In this document: positions 20,414-30,877 of the stretch, piece by piece
Position numbering within the stretch: position 1 is the first letter of the stretch
Layout of the letters: each line of letters opens with the position of its first letter
DNA from: an uncultured virus (IMG/VR IMGVR_UViG_3300013121_000030)
Taxonomy: Duplodnaviria > Heunggongvirae > Uroviricota > Caudoviricetes
DNA: 64,000 bases
Strand: one strand, 5' to 3'
Virus record (IMG/VR): IMGVR_UViG_3300013121_000030
Location: 160,001-224,000 of that record
The notes under the pieces: generated by a model
Databases searched by the model: none
Seen by the model: the letters and a program-made list of their open reading frames with translations, nothing else
What the model was told of the DNA's origin: nothing
Made by a program: the position numbers and the translations under genes

Positions 20414-20943
20414 CAATCGACTGGACCCTTGCAGGAGAGGCGATTCGGTTCTACCAGTCCAAAGGTTACGTCCACGTTTGGACCCCATGGATTGTTTCTC
20501 GCCGCTACATCGACGCTACACTCCCCGTGGGAGTAGATCCTTTTCGCTGCGGATATGGATGGCTCGTAGGGTCCGCAGAGCAAGGATTCCTTGCAATGGC
20601 TCCCCATCTGAAGAAAGGGCAGCGCTATGTGTCCGCGGGTCCGTGCTTCCGACCAGAACATGACCCGTATCAGCTCAAGTGGCCATACTTCTTCAAAGTG
20701 GAGCTTTTTTCATTTTGCAACGTAGCCCAGCAATTTGTTGACGACGCTAGGGAGTTCATGGAGAGTCGCCTCCCCATCCAAGTCGAAAAAACCTCCGCCG
20801 GAACGGACTTGATGTGTGGCGGCATCGAATTGGGATCGTATGGGAGCCGTCAATCGCCCGAGTTGGGCGATTGGAGTTATGGGACAGGACTCGCACTCCC
20901 TAGGTTTTCGATCGCCCAAAGAGTCTACGGACGACTCTCTTGA
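20410..20943 (+). CDS. Class II aminoacyl-tRNA-synthetase-like catalytic domain only
   Basis: GSAEQGF, motif-2-like PCFRPE..FFKVEL, ELGSYG, motif-3-like GTGLALPR; TTG start overlaps upstream stop. Confidence 0.65.
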   Translation: MTIDWTLAGEAIRFYQSKGYVHVWTPWIVSRRYIDATLPVGVDPFRCGYGWLVGSAEQGFLAMAPHLKKGQRYVSAGPCFRPEHDPYQLKWPYFFKVELFSFCNVAQQFVDDAREFMESRLPIQVEKTSAGTDLMCGGIELGSYGSRQSPELGDWSYGTGLALPRFSIAQRVYGRLS

Positions 20944-21241
20944 CCCTCTCCCAGGGAGTTTCCCAGGGGAACTCCTGGGCCAATTTCAGTTGAGCATTGT
21001 GGAGTTCTTGGCATTGGAGTCGCTGATAATCCCGCATGGCCATGCGTTGCTGGTGGTCCCGCTCCGACCTTGCATATCCGACCAGAAAGTGCAGAACCCC
21101 AGGGATTATTTCGTAGTCCTCCCATGAGGATCCGGGAGGAACGATGGTATTGAAGTAGGGCTCAAAAGAAGAGAAGTCCGGGAGGTTCCGGACTTCTTGG
21201 ACAGTTTGCGGTTCCCTCATAAGAGGGATACCCAGGGTCAC
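20900..21241 (-). CDS. Hypothetical protein
   Basis: 113-aa ORF coupled to 21238..22017. Confidence 0.55.
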   Translation of the reverse strand: MTLGIPLMREPQTVQEVRNLPDFSSFEPYFNTIVPPGSSWEDYEIIPGVLHFLVGYARSERDHQQRMAMRDYQRLQCQELHNAQLKLAQEFPWETPWERVKRVVRRLFGRSKT

Positions 21242-22017
21242 TCGATGGGGGCCTGGTCCTTCAGCTTGTTCAGGACGGGACCCATCCTGGACACGATTGT
21301 CTGGAGCTGGTCTGTGGCCTCTTTCAACTGGTCCGACAAGGTTCCGCTGAGGAGTGTCATGAGAGCGTCATCCTCGTAGGCTTCCGAAGCACGCTCAAAG
21401 GATTGGGACTCGACGGCTCGGAGGAACGTCTCCATGGCCTTTCCAGCCCCCTGGACTTCAGAGGTGATGTCGGAGATCCTGGATGTAAGATTCTTCCAAG
21501 CTTCGCGGAGGGGCTTTCGGAGCGTCTTGGCTCGTGCAGCGGCACCTGCCTGGGCGGCGCGGAAACTCATGTACTGCTGGGTGATCCGTTGGAGGTCGGG
21601 GAGGAAGACAGGATTCGTCTGGAGAAGCCCCCAGAGAACCTCAATGTCCGAGGAAGCCTTCTGGAAGTCATCTTTCCCTGTGAGGACAACGTTTTGGTAG
21701 GGGTGGGCAGCTGAGGTGAGATCCGAATAGAGCTGTGCTTCGCCAAAGGTCAGCTCATCGCGCATGGCTTCCGCAGCCGCAATCAGCTCCTCCTTTTTGG
21801 ACTGAATGGTATCCAAGAAGTCTGCGAGTTCTTCCTCATCCTCCACCTCCTGGAAGAGATATTCGAGGTTCGTGAAGTACGGACCGACGAGATCCACCAA
21901 CTTCCAGAAACGAGCGTCGGCAAGATCCGCTGCAACCTTCAGCTCTTGGCGGAGGAGCCGAGCAAAGGTAGGGTCTGAAGAAGCGAGGCGATAAGCTTGG
22001 TGTGCGATCCGGTTCAT
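21238..22017 (-). CDS. Helical hypothetical protein
   Basis: 259-aa ORF. Confidence 0.7.
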   Translation of the reverse strand: MNRIAHQAYRLASSDPTFARLLRQELKVAADLADARFWKLVDLVGPYFTNLEYLFQEVEDEEELADFLDTIQSKKEELIAAAEAMRDELTFGEAQLYSDLTSAAHPYQNVVLTGKDDFQKASSDIEVLWGLLQTNPVFLPDLQRITQQYMSFRAAQAGAAARAKTLRKPLREAWKNLTSRISDITSEVQGAGKAMETFLRAVESQSFERASEAYEDDALMTLLSGTLSDQLKEATDQLQTIVSRMGPVLNKLKDQAPIE

Positions 22018-22024
22018 CTCGAAC

Positions 22025-22357
22025 TTACGACGAGATAAACGGAAAAGCGACTGCCACAGATGTTGGGTGCAGCTCCTCGAAAATCCTTCGGAGAATATTT
22101 ACAAAACGGTCTTCCTCGTCCTCTCGGACTTTCTGGTGTACGAATTGTGTCCCTTCTCCGAGGACCTTCCTGTAAGCGTCTCGAATTCTATTCTGCTCAC
22201 GGGCACGAAGTTCAGGCGCAAAGGCGCAGGCTCGGGCCTGGAGGAGGAGAAGAAATTGAAGCTCGATGGCCTCGAAGGAAGATCCCCACATTTTTGGGGT
22301 TGAGAAGATGGAGAAGATGGATTCATCCGCCCAATCCCGAATCGTTTTCTCATCCAT
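22025..22357 (-). CDS. Hypothetical protein
   Basis: MDEKTIRDW start overlaps upstream stop. Confidence 0.6.
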   Translation of the reverse strand: MDEKTIRDWADESIFSIFSTPKMWGSSFEAIELQFLLLLQARACAFAPELRAREQNRIRDAYRKVLGEGTQFVHQKVREDEEDRFVNILRRIFEELHPTSVAVAFPFISS

Positions 22358-23156
22358 GTTTCTGGGTCCACCGCGTGAAGAGGTCGGCGATCTCAAAGAT
22401 TCGGCGGACGGACTTGTCCGCCGTGGGAAGATCCGTGATGTCCGCCTTGCATTCCAGGTCAATTGCAGGAACCTTTAGGGTGTCCTCCACCCAGAGGGGC
22501 AGGGGCCCCAGGAGGCGGGGCTGTGCCAGCGAGTAGTGGCCGTCTTCCTTACGGATGTAGTAGCCGTGCAGCACAACGTGGAGCCACTCCTGGTACACGA
22601 ACCCCACATCGAAGGGGGTCGACAGACCATCCTCCTCGAAAATGGAGGCTGCCAGATCCCCAGAGTGGGCACAATGGGTGCCCGCCAGAATCCCCTCCGC
22701 GTGCATCGAGATGACCCCCGCGATCTCCTCCTGGAAGGCAATCTCCAAGATGTCAGCCTGGATTCGGCGGCAGAGGTCCACCATCTCGGGATGCCGGAGG
22801 GCACCTCGCCAGAGGCGAAGATTCTCAGGCTGAGCCTTCGCTTCCATGGCGGAAGAGAGGAAGGCGTGGTTCATGTTCCCTTCGGCATCAATGCCTCCAG
22901 GGTCTGGGTTGATGTGGCGAACCACCCAGAAGGGAGGATGGTTGGCCGGAACCACTGGCCCATCCTGGCCTTCGGGCCAAGGACCTGACTGCGGCCCCGA
23001 CTTGAAGGACGGACCAAAGCACAACCCCCTCACCAGTTCGTGGACGGCCGTCTCCGCAGCCCACTCCGCCACGTGGATCCCCGAGACGAGGATGATGGCC
23101 GAAGCCTTCTGGAGGTTGCCGCGGCCCGGATAACGAGTCCACCGAAGGTTCGGCAT
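22350..23156 (-). CDS. Hypothetical protein (leaderless)
   Basis: ATG 6 nt below promoter motif -10 box. Confidence 0.7.
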   Translation of the reverse strand: MPNLRWTRYPGRGNLQKASAIILVSGIHVAEWAAETAVHELVRGLCFGPSFKSGPQSGPWPEGQDGPVVPANHPPFWVVRHINPDPGGIDAEGNMNHAFLSSAMEAKAQPENLRLWRGALRHPEMVDLCRRIQADILEIAFQEEIAGVISMHAEGILAGTHCAHSGDLAASIFEEDGLSTPFDVGFVYQEWLHVVLHGYYIRKEDGHYSLAQPRLLGPLPLWVEDTLKVPAIDLECKADITDLPTADKSVRRIFEIADLFTRWTQKHG

Positions 23157-23162
23157 GGATGA

Positions 23163-23232
23163 AATGTAGCACGACAACGCTCATCTTACACATGAGAAAG
23201 TTGGTGTAACATCTGCCTACATGTGCTACACT
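23163..23232. promoter_or_regulatory. Divergent pair of phage promoter-like motifs
   Basis: Minus copy 23163-23191 (ATG 23156) and plus copy 23204-23232 (ATG 23239), each N6 from ATG. Confidence 0.8.
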
Positions 23233-23520
23233 GTCTCCATGCTCTTCAGCATTGTGAATCTTCTGGTCCAGGTCTCCTTGGTGGGCCTTCTTGTCCTGGC
23301 GTTTCTCCAGCCCTCGCTCCTCATGGCGGGGTTGCTTGGGGCCGCGATCGTGTGTGATCGCGTCTTTCGCGCCGGGTTCAGGTGTCCCCAGGGGCCACGA
23401 TGCCGCTGAAGACAGCGGGCATGGCAAAGGGGATCAGAACGACCACCCAGGACCACTCCACGAAGCCCAGCAGCTTGGCGACAATGACCGCAATTCCAAT
23501 CACAGCCCACATGGCAAGCC

Positions 23521-24126
23521 TCACACGCGGACCTGGGGTCCAGTGTTGGTCTGGTTGACGGACTCGTACCACTCTTCCCACCCAGGGAGTAGAGAGTAGA
23601 GGACATCCACTTCGGGGAGCGAGAACCCCGAAGCACGACAGGTATCAATAATCTGGCGGGCCCGCATTAGACAGACGGAGGCTCGCCGAAGAATCGAATC
23701 GACACGGAGTTGGAGGAAGGTGGACTGGACATTTCGGAAGGAGACGTCACACTTCTTCCGAAGTTCGGGGTCTTGGAGTGCCTTCTCCAGCTCTTCCTGG
23801 CAGGCGGCTCGCTCGGATCGGAGATGATCCACCAGAGCCTTCACAGTGAGGTTTCGACTCTCCTCGAAGGAGAGTTCAGGGCCATCATCTCGGATGGTGT
23901 CCTCCTCCAGATTTGCTCCACCCACCTCAAACTTTCGCCCCTCCGCAAGGAAGGGCTTCCCCAGACCTGGGGCGCGAGTCACACCCACGATCGGGCCCTC
24001 AACGCGCCATGCGCGCTGTCCCATGGACACGACCTGAAGGGGTCCGCAGAGGTAGGACCCCCACGAGGGGGAGCTGAGGACCGCAAAACGGCCCTGAACC
24101 CGTGCGATTGCATCAGTCTTCCTCAT
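23521..24126 (-). CDS. Hypothetical protein (leaderless)
   Basis: MRKTDA start 6 nt below motif. Confidence 0.65.
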   Translation of the reverse strand: MRKTDAIARVQGRFAVLSSPSWGSYLCGPLQVVSMGQRAWRVEGPIVGVTRAPGLGKPFLAEGRKFEVGGANLEEDTIRDDGPELSFEESRNLTVKALVDHLRSERAACQEELEKALQDPELRKKCDVSFRNVQSTFLQLRVDSILRRASVCLMRARQIIDTCRASGFSLPEVDVLYSLLPGWEEWYESVNQTNTGPQVRV

Positions 24127-24132
24127 AACCCA

Positions 24133-24213
24133 GGTGTAGCACGTCACTCCCTGGATTACACAACGAAAATATTCTACGATGGGGGTGTAACTTAGGCTCT
24201 GCCGTGCTACACA
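24133..24213. promoter_or_regulatory. Divergent pair of phage promoter-like motifs
   Basis: Minus copy 24133-24161 (ATG 24126) and plus copy 24185-24213 (ATG 24220). Confidence 0.8.
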
Positions 24214-24219
24214 TGAGAC

Positions 24220-25044
24220 ATGCGTCCTGACATGCACAAGGTTCTGACGGAGCGTCCGCGTGAGCATCGTCGTAAGGGGGAAGGGTCTTTCTTCCATGAG
24301 ATTCGGCCCGCTCGTCGTGGGCCTCAGGTTCGGGACATGGAGGAGGCAGAGGACCTGCCCTCCTCTCCCTCGGGTGAGGGGATGAGGCGTGCAGCCTCAG
24401 AGGTGCTGAGCTACGACCGGAAGACCTTCTCGGACCTCCTGGGCCCTCTTCGTCGGTTCCTCGCCTCTCAGGCGGGGCGTCCCTGGGACAAGGTCCAGAG
24501 CGAGATCTCGAAGCACCTCCCGCGCCGTGGCAACACGGTCCAGGCTCACATCTGGCAGCACATCGACCACCTCGTTGAGACTCGGTGTGTTCGAGAGGGT
24601 CACCTGATCCTCGACTCCAAGGGGGAGGTCATCGTGGACCTCCATGAAGGTTCGTTCAGGCGGTGGTTCGCTGCCTTCTACGTCGCCCAAGATGGGATCC
24701 TGAGGAAGGTGCCCATGTCGAAGAAGGCGAAGCCTGCGCAGGAGGACGACCCCAAGGCCCTCAAGTTCCACTGGCTCACGCGCCCCAAGGATGGGCGTGC
24801 CAAGGCGGCTGTTCGGTGGGAGGGGATCTGGTATCAGGTGGACCTGGCGGATAAGCCCAAGGTTCCGAGTCTGGATTGCATCTTCTCGGACATCTTCTTC
24901 CCCTTCCGCTTCCATGCGTCCGAACTCAATCGGTCCACGTCCTGGGAGCAGGCTCGTACTCCCTGGGGTGCGGTGGGGATGTACGCCGTGTCCAAGACCC
25001 AGATGTCCAAGAAGGGTATTCGAGACCTTCCCAAGGCTGCATGA
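24220..25044 (+). CDS. Hypothetical protein (leaderless)
   Basis: MRPDMHKVLTERPR..DLLGPLRRFLASQAGRPWDKV; 274 aa. Confidence 0.75.
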   Translation: MRPDMHKVLTERPREHRRKGEGSFFHEIRPARRGPQVRDMEEAEDLPSSPSGEGMRRAASEVLSYDRKTFSDLLGPLRRFLASQAGRPWDKVQSEISKHLPRRGNTVQAHIWQHIDHLVETRCVREGHLILDSKGEVIVDLHEGSFRRWFAAFYVAQDGILRKVPMSKKAKPAQEDDPKALKFHWLTRPKDGRAKAAVRWEGIWYQVDLADKPKVPSLDCIFSDIFFPFRFHASELNRSTSWEQARTPWGAVGMYAVSKTQMSKKGIRDLPKAA

Positions 25045-26072
25045 ACAACACAAACAACACATTCGCAATCAACCTCTTTGGTCTCCTCTCTCCAGAGGAG
25101 ACCACGGTGTTCTCTCCAATCTCCGTCCGAACGGCTCTCCACATGGTCTACATGGGGTCAGCCAACGCCACCGCTGTGGATCTTCGCAAGGCATTGGTCC
25201 TCTTTCCAGGAGAGCGTCCGTGGGTTCCTTCGAGGTTCCGACACCTGCGGTTGGACGTCGCCAACTGTGTGTGGGTCAAGGACCCCGATCCTACTCTCTC
25301 GACCTATCGAGAGACGCTGCTCCGGGAATTTGGAGCTGATGTGGGGGTTCTTCCAAAGGAAGCTTCCTCAGCCGCCGCTGTGGTCAACGACTGGGTTGCG
25401 GAGAAGACAGGGGGGAAGATCCCTCAGATTGCGGATGCCTCCTCCTTCCAGGGGGTGGGCATCGTCCTCACCAATGCAATCTACTTCCGCGGGGAGTGGG
25501 AGAATCCGTTTCCTCGCCATTACACCGCACCCCGTGTCTTCCACGGTTCTGCCAAGGATTCGACGGTGCCCTTCATGGATGGCACCATGAAGGTGGGGAT
25601 TCATCAGGATTCCACGATGACAGTCGTGAGTATTCCATTCAGGGACTATGAAGCCTTCCTGACCATCATCATGCCGTCCAATGTGGGGGACATCCCCAAG
25701 GCGTTAGGGTGGCTAGACACCCCTCTTCGGGTTCAGGAAGTTGCTGTGGTTCTTCCCAAGATTCGGCTCGATGGGTCAGCGGAGCTGACTGGCCCTCTCA
25801 CCGAAATGGGCGCGGGGATCCTCTTCCAGCCAGCGGCCAATCTCTCAGGGATGACGGGGGATCTCTCGTGTCGTGTCTCCTCTGTGCTCCACCGGGCTGT
25901 TCTGGAGTTGGATGAGGATGGGGCGACCGCCGCTGCTGCAACTGCGGTTCTCATTACGCGGGGGATTCCCATCATGGATCCACCCAAGGTGGTGGTGGAT
26001 CGGCCCTTTGTGTTCGCCCTGGTGGACGAGGTGGGGACGATTCTTTTCGCTGGCAGGGTGACAGATCTCTGA
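25041..26072 (+). CDS. Serpin (serine protease inhibitor)
   Basis: FSPISV, VNDWVAEKTGGKI, LTNAIYFRGEW, hinge EDGATAAAAT, DRPFVF; no signal peptide. Confidence 0.93.
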   Translation: MNNTNNTFAINLFGLLSPEETTVFSPISVRTALHMVYMGSANATAVDLRKALVLFPGERPWVPSRFRHLRLDVANCVWVKDPDPTLSTYRETLLREFGADVGVLPKEASSAAAVVNDWVAEKTGGKIPQIADASSFQGVGIVLTNAIYFRGEWENPFPRHYTAPRVFHGSAKDSTVPFMDGTMKVGIHQDSTMTVVSIPFRDYEAFLTIIMPSNVGDIPKALGWLDTPLRVQEVAVVLPKIRLDGSAELTGPLTEMGAGILFQPAANLSGMTGDLSCRVSSVLHRAVLELDEDGATAAAATAVLITRGIPIMDPPKVVVDRPFVFALVDEVGTILFAGRVTDL

Positions 26073-26632
26073 TGAGCCCTGTTCCCTCGTGGGTGGTGAT
26101 TTTGGGGCGAAAAGTAGCTCATTGGTGCCGCTCCATGGATTCAGGTTAAACGGAATGCCTCCACGGGGCGTTGAGGTTCTCAACGTGGAAAGGTGGCAAA
26201 TTTGGAGACGGAGAAGACAATGCTGACTGACGTTCAGATCGACACGACTCTCAAGACTACCTTCGCCAACGATGAGGTCGCCAAGCGCTATCTCGACGCG
26301 GCTCAGCGTCGGACTCTCCTAATGATGTCCACCGTCCCCCCACGGATCCTTCTGGGGGTCTGCGATCATTTCAGGATGTAGCCCCGATAAGTGACACACA
26401 TGGAACAATACGACTTCGAGTCCTTCTTCGAGGAAGAAAACCGGATGAATCGGGAGATGTCCTATCGCCTGTCCAACTCTCAACTCCGAATGTGGAAGCG
26501 AGGCGATGAGGAACAATTCACGATCATCGCGGATCTTTCGGAGTGGGCTCGCTCCAGAGGAGCAAAAGTCCTTGAGATTCGGTGTCCACAGTCCAATTCC
26601 GTCCTGGATACCGTCCCTCTTTGGAGCTGAGA

Positions 26633-27679
26633 ATGTCGACCTACTTGAAGATCGCGGCCATGTTGATGGGGGGAGCTGCCGGGGATGCTGTGGGTTCCCC
26701 GTGTGAGGGAGACTCGCAGGATGATTGTCTCCGATACATCACCACTCACTTTGAGAAGTGGTCCTTTTTTGGAGTGCATCGGGGACCATGGCCCTTTGGC
26801 CAAATAACGGACGACACCCAATTGACTCTTGGTCTTGTCCGTTCATTGCTTCGATGTGGTGGATGGTCCCCTGAAGACTTTGCCCATGAACTGGTGGATC
26901 TCTTCTCCAGAGATCGCGTGATTGGATTTGGGTCAGGAACCCGAGAGGCTGTGTTGAGGCTTGAGGAAGGGACTCCGTGGTCTTCTGCTGGCAACATGGG
27001 GGACGGGAATGGTGGAGCGATGCGAGCTGCTCCCATTGGAGTGGTGGCTCCGGACCTGGCAACATGTTGTCGGTGGGCTCTTGAGCAGGCCCACATAACT
27101 CATGCCTCGCCAACAGCCCGCACTGCCTCTGCAGTTGTGGCTCTGGCTGTGGCCCTCGCACTGGAGGACACAGGCGAGTTTCGCAAGCACCCGGTACGTC
27201 TTCTCTTGAGGATTCAAGAGATTTTGGATGTTGAAGTCCCGCGGAATGCACAAGGAGCTTGGCCTGGGAAATTGGAGGAGATGGCGAACCTTCTTGCCCC
27301 CATCGAAGGTCCCTTTGGAGGTGAGGTTGGGGTGGATGCGTTTCGGGCCACAGGTGAGTGGCTTTTGTCCCTCCAATCCCCCTCAGATTGGGAGGGGATC
27401 TCGCCCTTCGCTATGACCTCAGTGCTGTGGTCTTTGGCTTGCGTTGTAACGGCTACGATTTGGGATGGGGCAGTTCCATTGGCGATGTCAATGGGTGGAG
27501 ATGTGGACTCCACAGCGGCGATCGCGGGATCGGTCGTTGGAGCCCTAACTGGGGAAACCCCTCCCAAGGAGATCGAGAATCTGCTTGTAGACTATGGGGA
27601 CCCAATCCCTTGGGCGAAAATCGCCCAAGATCTCTTCAATCTGAGGACGAGGCTTCGAGCCTCAAAGGAGTTGTCGTGA
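26633..27679 (+). CDS. ADP-ribosylglycohydrolase (DraG/ARH family)
   Basis: GDAVG, GQITDDTQ, GNGGAMRAAP, ITH, GGDVDSTAAIAG. Confidence 0.93.
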   Translation: MSTYLKIAAMLMGGAAGDAVGSPCEGDSQDDCLRYITTHFEKWSFFGVHRGPWPFGQITDDTQLTLGLVRSLLRCGGWSPEDFAHELVDLFSRDRVIGFGSGTREAVLRLEEGTPWSSAGNMGDGNGGAMRAAPIGVVAPDLATCCRWALEQAHITHASPTARTASAVVALAVALALEDTGEFRKHPVRLLLRIQEILDVEVPRNAQGAWPGKLEEMANLLAPIEGPFGGEVGVDAFRATGEWLLSLQSPSDWEGISPFAMTSVLWSLACVVTATIWDGAVPLAMSMGGDVDSTAAIAGSVVGALTGETPPKEIENLLVDYGDPIPWAKIAQDLFNLRTRLRASKELS

Positions 27680-27729
27680 GAACCATTTTCATCCTCCTCG
27701 CCCTTGCCGGTCGTTTCGTTGCATTGGCC

Positions 27730-28587
27730 TCAGTCTTGGCTGGTCTCTTGGTCCTCATTGGAGCCGAGATTGGCCTCTCTGGGTGGCAATGCATTTTGAC
27801 CTGGGCCACAGGCATCGTGATCGCCGTCACTGCCGAACTCATCTGCTCTGTAGAGTGAGAGTTCGTGGAGAATGTCTCGAATCCAGGCGGTGTACAGCGA
27901 CTTGATTTCGTTGCTCTGCTGGGCGAGACGGAGCCAAGCGTCAAAATCCAGAGGGATCCGGAAAGACGGATTGTTGTCTTCGAGGGCAATCTTGTCGAAG
28001 ATCTTGAAAAGGTTGGAGGCGATCGTTCCCTCGCGGTCAATCTGTTTCGCTGCCTTGGCAGCGAGGGTTTTCTGCTGCTGGCTTAGAGCCGCCTTCCATG
28101 GCCTAATCTTCGGCTGGAACTTCTGGCGAATCTCCCCCATCCTCTTGGCGACGGGAGACTCTCCAGCCATCTTGACTCGGCCTGTCCTCTTGTACTCGTC
28201 CAGTCGGCTCATCCATGTGCTTTTGGGGAGCATGGGAGGCCGAGAGATGGTCACCTCGGCTTTCATGGATCCGAGGGAAAGTCTGATCTCTCGTAACGAA
28301 TTGTTACGGAGGCCCATTGCAAAGATCAAGTCGTTGGTCTCACGAAGGCATTCCTGTGAGAGGCGATCCATCGCATCCTCGGCCTCCATCTGGACAGCGG
28401 CACAGATGGTAGCCAGCATATCGATCTGATCTTTCACCTTGGATAAGGGTGAAAGATCAGAGTCGAATACTTCAATGATTTTTTTGAGAATGGCGTCTGA
28501 GGGGCTTGATGATCCCCCCTCGTTAATGTCGAGGCTCAGGACGGCTTGGTTCTCATCGAAATCGAGAGAAATGTGGGGCGATCTCAT
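27730..28587 (-). CDS. Hypothetical protein
   Basis: 285-aa ORF. Confidence 0.55.
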   Translation of the reverse strand: MRSPHISLDFDENQAVLSLDINEGGSSSPSDAILKKIIEVFDSDLSPLSKVKDQIDMLATICAAVQMEAEDAMDRLSQECLRETNDLIFAMGLRNNSLREIRLSLGSMKAEVTISRPPMLPKSTWMSRLDEYKRTGRVKMAGESPVAKRMGEIRQKFQPKIRPWKAALSQQQKTLAAKAAKQIDREGTIASNLFKIFDKIALEDNNPSFRIPLDFDAWLRLAQQSNEIKSLYTAWIRDILHELSLYRADEFGSDGDHDACGPGQNALPPREANLGSNEDQETSQD

Positions 28588-28898
28588 ATTTGGATGCGCC
28601 CTATGAGAATTCTATTGGGTCAGAGTCCCAGGAGGTTCTTCCACCAGTTGGGGTCGGAAACCCCTCCACAGTTTGTGCAGTCGGGAGGCGGAGGCGGCGG
28701 GGAGCACGTTGTGGTTTCCTCGCAAACCAAGGGAGTCAGCCGGCACCGCTTGATGTACAGGTTTTTGACCGTGCTCTATACGAAGACACCGGAATATTCG
28801 TATGGAGGATTCCAACCCTGAGGGTCAGCGTGGGCAGTGTGGGAAGAGAGAAGGGCTCCCAGTGTTACTGGTCGTTAACTTTGGGTATGTAAGACAAC

Positions 28899-30017
28899 AT
28901 GACCCTCAAAGAGCGGCTGATTGTGTTGGTTGGATGTTCTCCTCGCACCTCACAACAAGAGTCAAGGCTTAAAACCTTGACACCTGACCACACCGACATG
29001 GTGTTGGGCTTTTTGGACGGAAATAAGTCGCAAGCACAACTTGCCAAAGAATTGAAGGTTGTGCCTTCCACAATCGGGCACAGGCTGGAGAATGTCCTCA
29101 AAATTCTGGAAGAGACTTCCCTGGAAGTGCCCGCCCCATACCCCCCTTATGAGGGGAAGAAGCCCTGGACACCTCCACCTTGGTGGTTCGGAGAAGAAAA
29201 ACCCGCAACAGGGGCGGGGAGTAAGCTGGTTGAGATATCTCCAACAATCGCCAGCGATATGTTGCGGTACAACCGCAAAAACCGCCCAATGAAGAAATCA
29301 CATTGGGAAAGACTTGCGCAGGCCATGTTGGATGGTGCGTTTGTTACAACTCCAGATGCGATCGCCTTCGATGTTTCTTCTAACCTGGTGAATGGTCAAC
29401 ATCGACTCCAAGCCCTCATTGCCGCCAATTCGTCCCTGAAATTTATTGTTAGCTGGGGTCATAACATGGATGCCTTCTGTTTTACCGATCGAGGGGCGAA
29501 AAGAACTGCGGGGGACGTTGCCAGCCTGGATGGCTTCAGGGATGGGAAAAAATGTAGGGCGATTGCCGCCCAGGCTATGGTTGTTTTGGATGCCTGGAAT
29601 GGTGGAAGTGCGGATTTTTCGAGATCTCGTTTGCTTGGGGACCATGATGTCCGCAATTGGATGTTGGCGCACCGAGAGGATCTGGAACATAGCTATGAGG
29701 CGACTCGTCATTTTTTCCCTTCAGCAATCTTCGGGGCTGTACACTTCGCCGTTGGCCTTGCTAACCAGCCAAGGCTAGAGGACGCTTTTCGCAGAGCCAA
29801 GGAAGGAACCGCACGTGACAAGGATGATCCCGCATACCATATGCGGCAGCTCAACGAGATTAAGGACCGAGGAAATGAGTGGGTCTTCAAACTGTTGAAG
29901 CTTGTTTCGCGGGAGCTTGAAGATTCCAAGGTCAAAGCTCTGAGGAAACAAAAAAAAGAGAAGCTTCCTGGACCCCCAGCCGGGTGGAGAAAAGACGCGG
30001 CTCCGGGGAAGTTGTAG
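28899..30017 (+). CDS. HTH + ParB/Srx-like domain protein
   Basis: SQAQLAKELKVVPSTI HTH; NRKNRP..IAFD..LVNGQHRLQA. Confidence 0.75.
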   Translation: MTLKERLIVLVGCSPRTSQQESRLKTLTPDHTDMVLGFLDGNKSQAQLAKELKVVPSTIGHRLENVLKILEETSLEVPAPYPPYEGKKPWTPPPWWFGEEKPATGAGSKLVEISPTIASDMLRYNRKNRPMKKSHWERLAQAMLDGAFVTTPDAIAFDVSSNLVNGQHRLQALIAANSSLKFIVSWGHNMDAFCFTDRGAKRTAGDVASLDGFRDGKKCRAIAAQAMVVLDAWNGGSADFSRSRLLGDHDVRNWMLAHREDLEHSYEATRHFFPSAIFGAVHFAVGLANQPRLEDAFRRAKEGTARDKDDPAYHMRQLNEIKDRGNEWVFKLLKLVSRELEDSKVKALRKQKKEKLPGPPAGWRKDAAPGKL

Positions 30018-30028
30018 ATCCGGCCTCC

Positions 30029-30877
30029 TCACCCAAGGAAGGACCTGGGGGACAGAATCCCTCGGCCAACGCTGGGACCGAAGGAGCTGCGGACGCCGAA
30101 GCCGAAGCGGGGCTGTTGGAGACCGCGGATGAACTTCACGGTTCGGGCCTTGTATTCGGCGGCCTTGTCGACCTGGCCCTCAGCGTTCTGCTTCAGGGAC
30201 TCGTACTGAGAGGACTTGTTGATGTCGAGGGAGATTCCCCCGATGGAGTACGAGAACTCATCTGCGACCCAGTTGGTGGCGAGAGCGAACAGGGCATGGA
30301 CGGCAGCCCCCCAAAGGATCCATGTGGACCAACCAGGCATTTGGGCACAGAGCTGGTCCAGGGTCTGGATGTTCATGGTGGAGGGAGGCATGGACATGAA
30401 CCAGTTGAGGCTCATCTCCAAATAGGTCTCCAGCTCGTAGTCCTCCCAAATGTAGCCGAAAACTCGGTTGTAGCGGCCTACGACTCCTTCTTGCTCTGGG
30501 GGACGGAACTTATAATTGCGGTCGGGGGAGTTGGAGACGAGAAGACCAGATCTCACAAGGAGGTATCGGGAGGGGTGGTCAACAGTTAGATCATATACAA
30601 AATGGTCCTTGGTGGATGTTCGGACCTCGACGGATCCCACCCCCCATGCCTCGTTTACTTGCTTAGCCTCAATTTTGAGGTCAAGGTCTACAAATATTTT
30701 GTGGTCGGGGGTCATTCGTGAAGACCCCACTGGGGTGGTGACCTCCACCATATCGTCGTCATTCGGAAACCGACGAACGGCGCCTATGCGGCGCCAGCAC
30801 AGGTTTCCCTCTTCATCAATGGTTTTGACGGCCAGAGATCCCTCGTGGTAGGCTTGGCGGATTTTATCGGCAATCAT
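30029..30877 (-). CDS. Split-intein C-fragment (116 aa) + C-extein of a putative virion (neck/head-completion-like) protein
   Basis: Block B MTPDHK, block F VYDLTV, block G LLVSN followed by Ser+1 (SPDRNY). Confidence 0.85.
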   Translation of the reverse strand: MIADKIRQAYHEGSLAVKTIDEEGNLCWRRIGAVRRFPNDDDMVEVTTPVGSSRMTPDHKIFVDLDLKIEAKQVNEAWGVGSVEVRTSTKDHFVYDLTVDHPSRYLLVRSGLLVSNSPDRNYKFRPPEQEGVVGRYNRVFGYIWEDYELETYLEMSLNWFMSMPPSTMNIQTLDQLCAQMPGWSTWILWGAAVHALFALATNWVADEFSYSIGGISLDINKSSQYESLKQNAEGQVDKAAEYKARTVKFIRGLQQPRFGFGVRSSFGPSVGRGILSPRSFLG

